64,000 nt of DNA from Candidatus Peregrinibacteria bacterium (GCA_030688025.1 JAUYJL010000023.1:2562-66561); one strand, 5' to 3'. Positions 48,192 to 57,821 are shown, numbered from the stretch's first letter. Notes: generated from the sequence alone by a model not told the origin. Numbers and translations are program-made.

Positions 48192-49541
48192 TCAATCGGT
48201 TCTTTTGTCAAGGCTTGAGTGGTGAACAACCACTATATCCCCTACATTTGTCCCCGAAGGACCCGTGTAGATGAGGCAATCGAGGTTTTTTAGTGCCGTG
48301 TATGAATCGTTATTTTGAAGATATTTTTCTATATCGATATTCTTTTCTTTGCAGAGTTTTTTTAAGTTCCGTGTGATTATTGCGCCGGCGACCGGGACTG
48401 GCGCGATACCATCTACTCCGTCTGTCGCAAGAGACATGAGGGCATGATGATTTGTTTGCTCGTGGCTTGAACGGATGCCTGAGATCGATGGGATTTCGTT
48501 TATCGCGCTTAAAGCCAATTCCTGATTTCGTCCGCCAAATCCTTTTCCGATGATTTTCACGACTGTTTCACCGCCGAAAAGATAAATTTTATTTTTTTGT
48601 TTGGATTTCGCAAAAAGTTTTTTTGGCATAAGTTTTGCTTCGCCTTCCAAGAAGTCAGGAAAAATTTCGACTGAATATTTTTTCTTTTCTAAGAATTTTT
48701 GTAAATGTTTTAGTGCGACTGTGTTACTTCCGATTACATAATTTTTTACTTTTTTATCATTTATCGACTTTGGAGTTTCGTTTACTGCAAGCACTTTTTC
48801 GGCTTTTGCGTTTTTTATTCCGTATTTTTTTAAGACATTAAGTGCATCTTTCGAAGTGCTTTTATCTAGAACTGTCGGACCTGATGCAATGATGTCTAAA
48901 TCATCATTTTTCACATCCGAAATGTATAGAGCGATCAAATCTGCCGGCATTATTTTTGCTGCTAAATTTCCACCTTTTATTTCAGACAAATGTTTTCGCA
49001 CTGTATTTATTTCGTGAATTGTCGCAGTCGATTTTAGAAGTTGTTTTGTGATTTCAACTTTGTCTTTTAGGCTTAATGGAGCGATTGGGGCAGGAAGCAT
49101 CGCAGAGCCTCCGCCACTAATTAGGCAAATCACCAAATCATCTTTGCCAGCTTTTTTTGCAATTTTTAAAATTTCTTGTGTACCCTTTAGACCATTTTCA
49201 TCTGGAAATGGATGACCCGCTTTATTAACTTTTATTTTTCCGAGATTTTTTGTTATAGCTTCTGGCACGTTGATAAATCCCTCAGTGATGCGATTTCCTA
49301 GCAGTTTATTTATTTCTTTAGCCATAGAGTAGGTCGCTTTTCCGGCACCGATTACAAAGATTTTTTTGTATTTTTTTAAATCGAATTTCGCTTTTTCAAT
49401 TTGAAGTTTTGATCCCGTTAATTTTACTGAATTTTTTATCAGATTTTCCGGAGACAAAAAATTCAATGCCTCATCGGCGATATCAAGAAAAAGCCTTGAA
49501 TCAGGGAAATTCTTCAGTAACTTTTTCCGATTTTTTATCAT
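48192..49541 (-). CDS. Glycerate kinase, MOFRL/DUF4147 (GckA/TtuD) family
   Basis: VIGAGKATYSMAKE, CLISGGGSAMLP, LFGGETVVKIIGKGFGGRNQELALSA, ATDGVDG. Confidence 0.88.
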   Translation of the reverse strand: MIKNRKKLLKNFPDSRLFLDIADEALNFLSPENLIKNSVKLTGSKLQIEKAKFDLKKYKKIFVIGAGKATYSMAKEINKLLGNRITEGFINVPEAITKNLGKIKVNKAGHPFPDENGLKGTQEILKIAKKAGKDDLVICLISGGGSAMLPAPIAPLSLKDKVEITKQLLKSTATIHEINTVRKHLSEIKGGNLAAKIMPADLIALYISDVKNDDLDIIASGPTVLDKSTSKDALNVLKKYGIKNAKAEKVLAVNETPKSINDKKVKNYVIGSNTVALKHLQKFLEKKKYSVEIFPDFLEGEAKLMPKKLFAKSKQKNKIYLFGGETVVKIIGKGFGGRNQELALSAINEIPSISGIRSSHEQTNHHALMSLATDGVDGIAPVPVAGAIITRNLKKLCKEKNIDIEKYLQNNDSYTALKNLDCLIYTGPSGTNVGDIVVVHHSSLDKRTD

Positions 49542-49616
49542 AGGAGGAAGTTTTCAAATACTATCAAACCAGTTTGTTCACCGAAAATCTTTTTACGTAC
49601 TTTTTTGCGATTTGGT

Positions 49617-50591
49617 TTATTTTGCCAAAACTTCCGGATTCAAAATCGCTACAGGTTTTTCACCTTCAACTAAAACTCCGATTATATTTTTTGCGGCAAT
49701 CTCAGACATTTTGCTTCTTGCTTCCCATGTTGCAGAAGCCGTATGTGGAGTCATTACGACATTTTTGCATTTCTCAAGTCCGCTCAAACGTCTTGGTTCT
49801 TTTTCGAAAACATCCATTCCGGCACCTCTGATTGTACCGTCTTGAAGGGCTTTCAAAAGCGCTTCTTCGTCGACAACAGGTCCACGTGCTGTATTGATCA
49901 AATATGCAGTTTTCTTCATTTGTTTAAGTTCTTTTTCTCCTATAAAATGACGAGTACTGTCATTCAATGGAACATGCACACTGACGATATCTGATTCTCT
50001 CAAAAGCTCATCCATTTCAACTTTTTTTGCATGTTCATGATTTTTTTCGTTGTGATCCATGTAAAGGATTTTGCAATCGAAAGCTTTTTCCATCATTTCT
50101 CCAAGTTTCTGTCCGATTCTTCCATATCCAACGATTCCGACTGTTTTGCCTTCTAGCTCTGTTCCAAGCATATACATTGGGCCCCAACCCGGGAATGAAT
50201 CTTCCCTCATGACCATGTCTCCTTCGTTTGTTCTTTTTGTAACTGACATGATAAGAGCAAGTGCGTGTTCTGCTGTAGATTGAGTCAAAACTTCAGGTGT
50301 ATTCCCAACAGCAATTCCTCTTTTTGTAGCTTCTGGAACTTGAATATTGTCGTATCCTACTGCGAAAGCTGAGATTATTTTAAGGTTTTTTGCTTTATCC
50401 ATTACTTCCGAATCCATTTTGTCCGTCAAAATCGTGATAATTCCATCACAATCTTCTATTTCTTTCATCAATTCTTCTCTTGGGATAGGGCTGTTTTCCC
50501 TTCTTACTTTCAAATCGAAGTGTTGTTCAAGCATTTTTAGCCCAGACTGCGGAATCTCTCTCGTGACGAATACCTTTTTTCTTGTAGACAT
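49617..50591 (-). CDS. D-isomer specific 2-hydroxyacid dehydrogenase (glyoxylate/hydroxypyruvate reductase type)
   Basis: GKTVGIVGYGRIGQKLG, LINTARGPVVDE, and MTPHTASAT. I chose the start at MSTRKK (50591) because the listed N-terminal extension covers a hairpin terminator-like element. Confidence 0.9.
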   Translation of the reverse strand: MSTRKKVFVTREIPQSGLKMLEQHFDLKVRRENSPIPREELMKEIEDCDGIITILTDKMDSEVMDKAKNLKIISAFAVGYDNIQVPEATKRGIAVGNTPEVLTQSTAEHALALIMSVTKRTNEGDMVMREDSFPGWGPMYMLGTELEGKTVGIVGYGRIGQKLGEMMEKAFDCKILYMDHNEKNHEHAKKVEMDELLRESDIVSVHVPLNDSTRHFIGEKELKQMKKTAYLINTARGPVVDEEALLKALQDGTIRGAGMDVFEKEPRRLSGLEKCKNVVMTPHTASATWEARSKMSEIAAKNIIGVLVEGEKPVAILNPEVLAK

Positions 50592-50732
50592 TGTATTGGT
50601 GTTAAGATAAATCAGAGGGTCTTTAACCCCCTCTGTTTGTAATTCAACCATCTTTCGAGAAAAAATGCAATTGGTTTTTAAAATGTCAAATGAGGCTCCG
50701 TGTTGTTATACGAAGCCCCATTGTCTTTTTCT

Positions 50733-51863
50733 CTACTGTTCTTTATCGCCTATAACATCACACATTCCACATGATATACATCCTGCTTTGTCTGAGGACA
50801 TAAGACCTCTTTGTAGCATTTGCTCTCGCGTAAATCTAAAAATTTCCAAGAAATCTTTCCAATTTACGCGAGGATCAAAAGGATAATCCGCGAATTGTTC
50901 GAAGTATCTGCCAGCCAAAGGAGATGGTATCACGTCGAAGTCTACAACCTTTTCTATCCCTTGTTTGAGTGAATCCATCGGTTCCGTCCCTACAACAAAA
51001 CACGTACTTACTTTTCCTTTTCCGAGAATTTTTACTGTAGCTTCAAATGCTTTAAAATATGAATCTTTTGAACAATATTTCGATTTTCCAGGTATAAGTT
51101 TTTGGCGTATTTCATCATCCCATGTTTCTAAATTCATCATTAGACTTTCGCCTCCAGCTTCTGCGTATTGTTCTATAAAGGCTGGATCTTGAGGCGGAGT
51201 TATTTCTACACCTATCGGGATGTTCCCAAGTGCTTCTCTAATTCTTCGCACCAATGGAATCATTGTTTCAAGTCCTCTGCCTTCTGTAAATGTCATCCCT
51301 CCATTTAAACCGATGCCTTGATAAGAACCTCTCGGAATTTTTTCTAAAGCCTTCATAATAAGTTCCGCTTTTCTTGTTATTTTCCTCAATTCCGGCACTT
51401 TTTGACTACGATCTATTACGCAAAACTTGCATTGTTCTCCTGTGTTAAACAAGGAGCACCATTCATAAACCGATCCGACTAATTGATCTCCGTGTTGAGT
51501 AAGAATACTTGTTATCGGGTAGCCTTCGACTTCTTGGCCATACCAATCTGGCGGAGTTATGACTTCCGCTGACCCTATCACTTCATCGTTTTCCAGGATT
51601 ACCAATCCATTTTCTGTTGTTTGCAGCTTTAATGCTGTTGGTATTTTCGAATACAATGGAAAATTGACTTTATATTCTTTCTTTAAATCTTTTCTTCTAA
51701 ACAGTTGGTCTTCTTGTGAAATTATTTTTGCTTTTAAGCCTGAAGAAAGCCCTCCGCGTAAAACCTTTTGAGGATTTTGGTCTGATAAAGCCTCGACCGT
51801 TTCATCATCCATCGCATTTGCTCCTTCACAAAGGAGTCTTGTTTTTAGTTCTAGTGTTTTCAT
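50733..51863 (-). CDS. Radical-SAM-like Fe-S enzyme with non-canonical Cys spacing
   Basis: 376 aa. The candidate cluster is WCSLFNTGEQCKFCVIDRS (C-x8-C-x2-C rather than C-x3-C-x2-C). TIM-barrel-like GLNGGMTF..., a C-terminal CISCGMC and an N-terminal extension of about 130 aa are present. The family is not assigned. Confidence 0.65.
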   Translation of the reverse strand: MKTLELKTRLLCEGANAMDDETVEALSDQNPQKVLRGGLSSGLKAKIISQEDQLFRRKDLKKEYKVNFPLYSKIPTALKLQTTENGLVILENDEVIGSAEVITPPDWYGQEVEGYPITSILTQHGDQLVGSVYEWCSLFNTGEQCKFCVIDRSQKVPELRKITRKAELIMKALEKIPRGSYQGIGLNGGMTFTEGRGLETMIPLVRRIREALGNIPIGVEITPPQDPAFIEQYAEAGGESLMMNLETWDDEIRQKLIPGKSKYCSKDSYFKAFEATVKILGKGKVSTCFVVGTEPMDSLKQGIEKVVDFDVIPSPLAGRYFEQFADYPFDPRVNWKDFLEIFRFTREQMLQRGLMSSDKAGCISCGMCDVIGDKEQ

Positions 51864-51870
51864 ATGACTG

Positions 51871-52344
51871 TTATTTAGGATCTAAAATTGCTATTTCTCC
51901 AATTCTTCGCAATATTAGTTCGACAGCTTCTTGTGGAGTGTCTGCTGATTCCCTCATCCAACATCTTGCTCCGGCGACGTCTGCTATTTGGTTTTCCGGA
52001 TATTCCGTATCCTCTGTGTCTAAGTAAAAGATAACGCTGCTATTTTTTCGCATTTCTGCTTTGTCGGCGTCATAAATAACAGCGATCTCAGATCCTAGTC
52101 TCCATTTTTCTGCTCCCCCTACTATCTTGATCAGTCCATCACACCTTCGGACATCATCCATGCTTGAGATTCCTTCTATTAAAACTACATCATTTTCCCC
52201 CAGACAACGTCTCGTTTCTTCTGCCAATTGTTCTGTTCTTTCGGCATATTTTGTAGCGGATGCCTCCGCAGTCACTCCTATTTGTAATTTTCTGGTTGTT
52301 TTCTTTTGAACAACTCCTTCATCTTGAATATTTTTAGTTTCCAT
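51871..52344 (-). CDS. Hypothetical protein (157 aa), first gene of the radical-SAM-like operon
   Basis: Intact ORF 7 nt upstream of 50733..51863, with its own upstream terminator/promoter region. No recognisable motif. Confidence 0.65.
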   Translation of the reverse strand: METKNIQDEGVVQKKTTRKLQIGVTAEASATKYAERTEQLAEETRRCLGENDVVLIEGISSMDDVRRCDGLIKIVGGAEKWRLGSEIAVIYDADKAEMRKNSSVIFYLDTEDTEYPENQIADVAGARCWMRESADTPQEAVELILRRIGEIAILDPK

Positions 52345-52365
52345 AAATTTTGTAAATTAGATTAA

Positions 52366-52394
52366 TAATAAAAAAACCGCTTTCTTTTGCGGTT
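52366..52394 (-). terminator. Rho-independent terminator of the yerC-like gene
   Basis: On the minus strand: aaccgc-aaaagaaa-gcggtt followed by tttttttattatt. Confidence 0.7.
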
Positions 52395-52417
52395 TTGTGG
52401 ATATAGATTACTGTTGA

Positions 52418-52711
52418 TTATTTTTCGCCGCGGCGGCGATGGAGCAGTAATTTATATCCACCTTTTCCATGATTAAGCCAAGCTGCTACACGCGTAACCG
52501 TTGCAGTGCTTGAAGATGCTTTTTCTGCTATTTCTCTATAAGGGACTTTCTTATCTAATAATCCTGCCACTTGCCATCTTTCAGCCATAGCTTTTATTTC
52601 TGAGATCGTACATAAATCACGCAAAAAGTTTTCGGCTTCTTTAGCATTTTTCAGGCTACTTACAACCGAATATAGTTCCTTAACCTCTTTTGTTTTTAGT
52701 TCTTTTTCCAT
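52418..52711 (-). CDS. yerC: TrpR-related YerC/YecD family protein
   Basis: FLRDLCTISEIKAMAERWQVAGLL...YREIAEKASSSTATVTRVAAWLNHGKGGYK. Confidence 0.85.
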   Translation of the reverse strand: MEKELKTKEVKELYSVVSSLKNAKEAENFLRDLCTISEIKAMAERWQVAGLLDKKVPYREIAEKASSSTATVTRVAAWLNHGKGGYKLLLHRRRGEK

Positions 52712-52844
52712 GCGCTTTTGCGTTTTAACGTGTTAATACGTTGACATAATAACTGAAGTCAATTTGCGTGTCAAGAGTTTTCATTTCACCTTGTGTAAAA
52801 GCTATTTCAGTGTAGAATAGTTTGGCTTTATCATCAAAAACATT

Positions 52845-54644
52845 ATGGATATTCGAAATATTGCCATCATAGCGCACGTAGATCACGGAAAAACCACACT
52901 TGTGGATGCTCTGCTAAAGGCCGGAGGCGCTTTCGAAGATTACCAGCATGTTGATAGATGTGTGATGGATTCTTATGATCAAGAAAAGGAAAGAGGAATC
53001 ACGATTTATGCTAAGAATGCCGCTATTTTCTATAAAGATACTAAAATAAATATCGTTGATACTCCCGGGCATGCGGATTTCGGATCTGAGGTTGAACGTA
53101 TGCTGAGGACAGTGGATGCGACTCTTCTGCTTGTGGATGCCTATGAAGGGCCTATGCCACAGACAAAATTCGTACTTAAGAAATCACTTGAGCTTGGACT
53201 AAAAGTTCTTGTTGTTGTAAATAAAATAGACAAGCCTATGGCTCGTCCTGATGCTGTAGTTGATCTGACTTTTGATCTTTTCTCTTCTCTTGGTGCTACT
53301 GATGAACAGCTTGATTTCCCTTATATATACACTATTGCGAGAGAAGGAATCGCTATCAAACAACTTACTGACGTAAAAAAAGATATTGTTCCGCTTTTTG
53401 ATTTCATTCTTGAAAACGTAAAACCTGTTGAAGTAAATTTGGAAAAACCTTTCCGAATGCAGCCTGCGACGCTTGCTTATGATAACTTCATAGGTCGTTT
53501 GGCTATTGGAAAAGTGACTGACGGAAAAGCAATTGAAGGAACAAATATAACTGTTATTGGTTACGATGGTAAAAAAAGAAAAGGAAAACTTACAAAAGTT
53601 TTCACATTTAAGGGACTTAAGAAAGTTGAAACACCTGAAATTGTATCCGGAGACATCGTTGCGATTGCCGGAATTCCTGATATTAGTGTTGGAGAAACTA
53701 TTACTACTGATGAAAATGCTGAGGCTTTACCTGCAATAAGGATCGATCCGCCGGCTATTGCCATCGAATTCGTTGTAAATGACTCCCCTTTTGCCGGGAA
53801 AGAAGGAAAATATGTCACAGGTCGTCATATTCGTGAAAGGCTTGAGAAAGAGCTTGAGACGAACGTCGGACTAAAGATTGAGAATGTGCCAAATTCTGAT
53901 GCTATAAAAGTTTATGGACGTGGAGAAATGCACATCGCTGTTTTGATTGAAACTATGAGACGTGAAGGATTTGAGTTACAAATCTCACAACCTGAGGTTA
54001 TCATGCAGGAAATAGATGGCCAAAAGTGTGAACCTATTGAATATGCTGTTTTGAATGTGCCTGACGATATGAGTGGAAAAGTTATTGAGGCCTTATCTAA
54101 GAGAAAAGGTGAACTTAAGAGTGTAAAATCTGAAAATGGGAATACAGCTCTTGAATTTGAAATCCCTACTCGTGGATTACTTGGATTCCGTTCATTATAT
54201 ATGGTAATGACTCGTGGTGAAGGGACTCTTTACCATTCTTTTGACCATTTCGCGCCTTATAAAGGAGCAATCGATAAACGTGGCGTTGGATCAATGATTT
54301 CCGGCGAGACAGGCAAATCTATGGCTTATTCTCTATGGAAACTTCAAGAAAGAGGTCCACTATTTATCACTCCTACTACTGAGGTTTACGAAGGTATGAT
54401 TATCGGTGAACACAATCAAGGTACTGATATCGTTGTAAATGCCATTAAGAATAAAAATCTTACAAATATTCGTGCATCCGGTTCAGATGATGCAATATCG
54501 CTTACTCCTCCGCTTGAAATGACTTTGGAGAAGGCTATTGAATACGTAAAGGAAGGTGAATATGCTGAGATTACTCCAAAGAATATTCGTCTAAGAAAAA
54601 AGCTTTTGACTGAGAATGACAGGAAGAGAGGAAAGAGGGGGTAA
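52845..54644 (+). CDS. typA: Translational GTPase TypA/BipA
   Basis: IRNIAIIAHVDHGKTTLVD, DTPGHADF, NKIDK. The length and domain order are those of BipA. Confidence 0.95.
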   Translation: MDIRNIAIIAHVDHGKTTLVDALLKAGGAFEDYQHVDRCVMDSYDQEKERGITIYAKNAAIFYKDTKINIVDTPGHADFGSEVERMLRTVDATLLLVDAYEGPMPQTKFVLKKSLELGLKVLVVVNKIDKPMARPDAVVDLTFDLFSSLGATDEQLDFPYIYTIAREGIAIKQLTDVKKDIVPLFDFILENVKPVEVNLEKPFRMQPATLAYDNFIGRLAIGKVTDGKAIEGTNITVIGYDGKKRKGKLTKVFTFKGLKKVETPEIVSGDIVAIAGIPDISVGETITTDENAEALPAIRIDPPAIAIEFVVNDSPFAGKEGKYVTGRHIRERLEKELETNVGLKIENVPNSDAIKVYGRGEMHIAVLIETMRREGFELQISQPEVIMQEIDGQKCEPIEYAVLNVPDDMSGKVIEALSKRKGELKSVKSENGNTALEFEIPTRGLLGFRSLYMVMTRGEGTLYHSFDHFAPYKGAIDKRGVGSMISGETGKSMAYSLWKLQERGPLFITPTTEVYEGMIIGEHNQGTDIVVNAIKNKNLTNIRASGSDDAISLTPPLEMTLEKAIEYVKEGEYAEITPKNIRLRKKLLTENDRKRGKRG

Positions 54645-54647
54645 AAA

Positions 54648-54676
54648 AACACAGACCTTATTGATCTGTGTTTTTG
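54648..54676 (+). terminator. Rho-independent terminator of typA
   Basis: aacacaga-ccttattga-tctgtgtt followed by ttttg. Confidence 0.75.
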
Positions 54677-54694
54677 ATTGATTTGGATTTTGGA

Positions 54695-54943
54695 CTATCT
54701 GACCAATTTGACTGTTGGCGCCGCGCCTCCACCTCCTTGGCCTTCTCCTTCAGGATCACAAGATCCGACTTCTATCGCTCCATTTGCGCCTGTTCCATCT
54801 TTCGGATCTTTTGGGATAACTGCAAGATATTTCGTACCAATTGCTGAGAGGTTGACACAAGCTGCTGCCGTTGTTTTAGCAGTGCAACCGCTATCGAAAC
54901 CTGTAGACTTGCGGCAAGCCGCGGTGGAAAGTGCTCCGCTATT
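54695..54943 (-). pseudogene. Pilin-like gene fragment (C-terminal 82 codons, no start, no N-terminal methylation motif)
   Basis: Hand translation of the minus strand gives NSGALSTAACRKSTGFDSGCTAKTTAAACVNLSAIGTKYLAVIPKDPKDGTGANGAIEVGSCDPEGEGQGGGGAAPTVKLVR*, preceded directly by TAA. The C..L....YLA.IP.DP motif parallels the major pilin at 58169..58618 (CADVVPTYMAAMPFDP). The segment is visibly GC-richer than its flanks. Confidence 0.55.
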
Positions 54944-55014
54944 TTAGGAAAAATTTAAGAAAATTTAATGTTTGGCTGTTAGGCTTTGATTTTAATCTGT
55001 AATTGTAAAATATC

Positions 55015-56247
55015 ATGCCTACCATGCATACGCTTTCTTCAACGCTTTCGCCAGCTCAACCGTCACAGTCACCAGCATTGCCCGCCGCTCTCACGGACAA
55101 AGACCTCTATCGCCTCTGCCAACTCTATGGTGGCAATGCCAAAACATGGTTGCGAAAATTTGCCGGTCTGCTTCCGGAGGTTTTCAAAAGATCCCTTCAT
55201 CTCCGGCACGGTTGCGGTTCAATAGGAGAATTTGCTAAAAAACTCAGCGGAATGAATGAAAGAACGGTAAAGAAAATTTTAAATCTACATGAAAGATTGG
55301 CAGACAAGCCATACCTATTAGCACTTTTTGAATCGGGCGAACAGGGCTGGAGTAAGCTGGAAGCAGTGGCCTTTATCGCTACTCAGGAAAACGAAAAAGA
55401 TTTAAGCAACAAAGTGAAAACTTTGCCTTTTAGAGCGTTGGTTCTTTGCGTGAAAAATATAAGAGAAAAATTGACCGGCGCCGGTCAATTCCAAATACAA
55501 AATAACTCTCAAAATTTGCAAGATCCGCTTAGCTCGGGAGAGTTCCATGATTTGCAAGGCTCGGCAATGCGACTTTTAGATGCGCAACAGACTTTAGAAT
55601 CTACAAATCAAGACACACCAGTCGCCCTGCCTCCAAATCAACAACCTTTCTTGTCCCATACCCTCCAAACCGCCTTATCATCTTCAACCAAATCTTCTGC
55701 GATCACTACTAATATCGCCACTGAGTTCGGACACGACTTCAAATCACAATATGAAACTTTCACCACCTTTTCCTTCCCAATCTCCGCTCATTCCCGACAA
55801 AAACTCAATCTCATAAAGACTACTCTCGAAAAACAGCAGAAGAAAACTCTCACTTGGAATCAGATAATTGCCCTCTGGCCGGCTAGCACACCGACTAATC
55901 CCTCAAGTACATTTCCACCTATACCATTATGCGTCCGATCAAAGATAAAACTTCAGGCTACGCGTCACATTCCGGCTCAGATTCGGCGTTTAATTTTGGC
56001 TACACACGGCCACCTATGCGTCTTTCCAAATTGCAACAATGCCTACGCGGAATTTCATCATGTAAAACCCTATGCGATATATAAAAATCACGACCCCTCC
56101 CATATCTATCCTATCTGTAAAACTCATCACGCACTTTTCCATGCCGGTCTCATCGCCAATCTTGAAAAGTCACCAAAATTTTGGTTTATTCGAACGCATG
56201 CGCGACAAACCTCCATCGACAAAAAAGCCATGAAATTTAAAATATAA
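55015..56247 (+). CDS. HNH endonuclease domain protein (long N-terminal region, DUF222-like layout)
   Basis: C-terminal HGHLCVFPNCNNAYAEFHHVKPYAIYKNHDPSHIYPICKTHHALFHAG. GC content is clearly above the neighbours by eye (about 45-50%). Confidence 0.8.
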   Translation: MPTMHTLSSTLSPAQPSQSPALPAALTDKDLYRLCQLYGGNAKTWLRKFAGLLPEVFKRSLHLRHGCGSIGEFAKKLSGMNERTVKKILNLHERLADKPYLLALFESGEQGWSKLEAVAFIATQENEKDLSNKVKTLPFRALVLCVKNIREKLTGAGQFQIQNNSQNLQDPLSSGEFHDLQGSAMRLLDAQQTLESTNQDTPVALPPNQQPFLSHTLQTALSSSTKSSAITTNIATEFGHDFKSQYETFTTFSFPISAHSRQKLNLIKTTLEKQQKKTLTWNQIIALWPASTPTNPSSTFPPIPLCVRSKIKLQATRHIPAQIRRLILATHGHLCVFPNCNNAYAEFHHVKPYAIYKNHDPSHIYPICKTHHALFHAGLIANLEKSPKFWFIRTHARQTSIDKKAMKFKI

Positions 56248-56255
56248 TCCATTCG

Positions 56256-57812
56256 TCATTTTTTGAAAGTGCCTCGCATTCTTTGCTCTTGTGCTGCTTT
56301 TTTCGTGTCTATTTCTGCGATAACCGCTTGGTCATCATCTACATATACTGAATGAATAAGTCGGACTGCTTCTTTGCATTTTTTCGGATCGATAAGGAAA
56401 GAAAACCTTCTCTTTAGTATTGAGTGTGAAACTAAGTGAATATCTATTCCAGATGCTGTTAATGTTGAATAGATTGAACCTAAAACGCCAGGATTTTTTA
56501 TCAATTCATTCCCTGTTACGGAAACTGTTGCCTTCTCCTTGTGCCAATTGAATTGATCAATTTCATATCTTCCTCCCTTAATGTCTATAGTGTTTAAATC
56601 ATCCTCGATTTTCCTGATTTTTTCTCTACATACTTCCTGATCTGCCTTATCTTTTGGAAGTACTGTCGTGAATGTCATACTTGTTCCGTCTGTTCCAATT
56701 TGGTCGATAGACAAGCCATATTCTCCAAATACTGCCGCTATTGCCGCGGCAAATCCATCCTGATCTGCCATTTTGGAAAGTTTGACAGTTATTGCGTCGA
56801 TACGTGGATTGCTTACAATTGTTTTGAATAAATGGTTCGTTACTGTTTCTCCAGTTGTTACGTTTGTTCCAAAATCCGGATCAAATTTGTTGATGTTTCT
56901 TACGTGCAAAGGAAGTTTGTGTTCTGCCGCAAGAGCAAGCGCGCCAACATTGATCAAACCGCTTCCCGCAGAGGCATTTTCGAGAGCTTCGTCGTTTGAA
57001 ATATCACGATGAAGAATTGGTGTGTTTTTGCCTTCCTCAAGGTCTTTAGGATTTGCGGTATAATATCCATCAACATCTTTCCAAAATCTTGTTGCCGTCA
57101 AATCTTCGCCCATATCTTTCAATGCAAGTGCTGTATCTACAGCCATAATATCACTATATCCACGACCTTGATGAGGAATCAATCCTTCCAGTGTTCCGCC
57201 GACATGTCCTCCCAAAATTCTTATTACATTTTCTCTTGTTTCTGATCTAAGTGCTTTTATTATGCCTTTCTTTTTGGCTTCGTGTAGTCTTTCTCCAGTG
57301 ATTTGGCCTGGTTCTAATATTTCTTCACCCGCTGTGACATTTTCGAAATGTTGAGATGTTTTTCCTTCTTGCTCGAGGTAAATATTCAAAAATGCTGCAG
57401 ACATGTGTTCTCCAAATCCGACAACTTGATCACGAATTGCGAATGAACCTTCTTTTGGCATCAAGACATTTGAAGTTTGTTTATGTGTCATTAGGGACGC
57501 TTTCAAAATTCCAAAGTCTATTTCGTATTTTGCTATTACCGGAATTGCACGTTCTCCTGGGAAGAATTTTGCAATCATTTCGTCGTGCTTTGCCTTTGTT
57601 TGCTCAAAAGCGGTGTCGATATCGGCTTCGGAGTAATCTGTGCCGCTCAAGCGATCCATTGCCTTTGTAAGAGTATCTGTAACTCCTTTAAATGCGGATA
57701 CGACAAGAACCATATTCTCTTTGCGAGATTCAAGTGTGTCGACGAGCTGTTTTACTACGTCCAGCTGCGACATATTTGCACCACCAATTTTATTTACAGT
57801 TGTGGGTTGCAT
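56256..57812 (-). CDS. Aspartate kinase (amino-acid kinase domain plus C-terminal ACT domains)
   Basis: VNKIGGANMS, VLVVSAFKGVTDTL, GRGYSD, WKDVDGYYTANP, and two ACT-like segments at the C terminus. At 518 aa it is longer than typical. Confidence 0.8.
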   Translation of the reverse strand: MQPTTVNKIGGANMSQLDVVKQLVDTLESRKENMVLVVSAFKGVTDTLTKAMDRLSGTDYSEADIDTAFEQTKAKHDEMIAKFFPGERAIPVIAKYEIDFGILKASLMTHKQTSNVLMPKEGSFAIRDQVVGFGEHMSAAFLNIYLEQEGKTSQHFENVTAGEEILEPGQITGERLHEAKKKGIIKALRSETRENVIRILGGHVGGTLEGLIPHQGRGYSDIMAVDTALALKDMGEDLTATRFWKDVDGYYTANPKDLEEGKNTPILHRDISNDEALENASAGSGLINVGALALAAEHKLPLHVRNINKFDPDFGTNVTTGETVTNHLFKTIVSNPRIDAITVKLSKMADQDGFAAAIAAVFGEYGLSIDQIGTDGTSMTFTTVLPKDKADQEVCREKIRKIEDDLNTIDIKGGRYEIDQFNWHKEKATVSVTGNELIKNPGVLGSIYSTLTASGIDIHLVSHSILKRRFSFLIDPKKCKEAVRLIHSVYVDDDQAVIAEIDTKKAAQEQRMRGTFKK

Positions 57813-57821
57813 TTTGAATTG

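Noticed and set aside
50592-50651. Longer N terminus (MVELQTEGVKDPLIYLNTNT) for the 2-hydroxyacid dehydrogenase
   Set aside because: The extension is encoded by a terminator-like hairpin (cagaggg...ccctctg) and has no counterpart in the family. MSTRKKVFVTREIP is a typical start.
54678-54947. Listed 89-aa plus-strand ORF (Pro-rich, TTG start)
   Set aside because: The opposite strand translates to a sequence with a clear pilin C-terminal motif and ends at a proper stop. The plus-strand product is low-complexity Pro/Ala/Ser with no motif.
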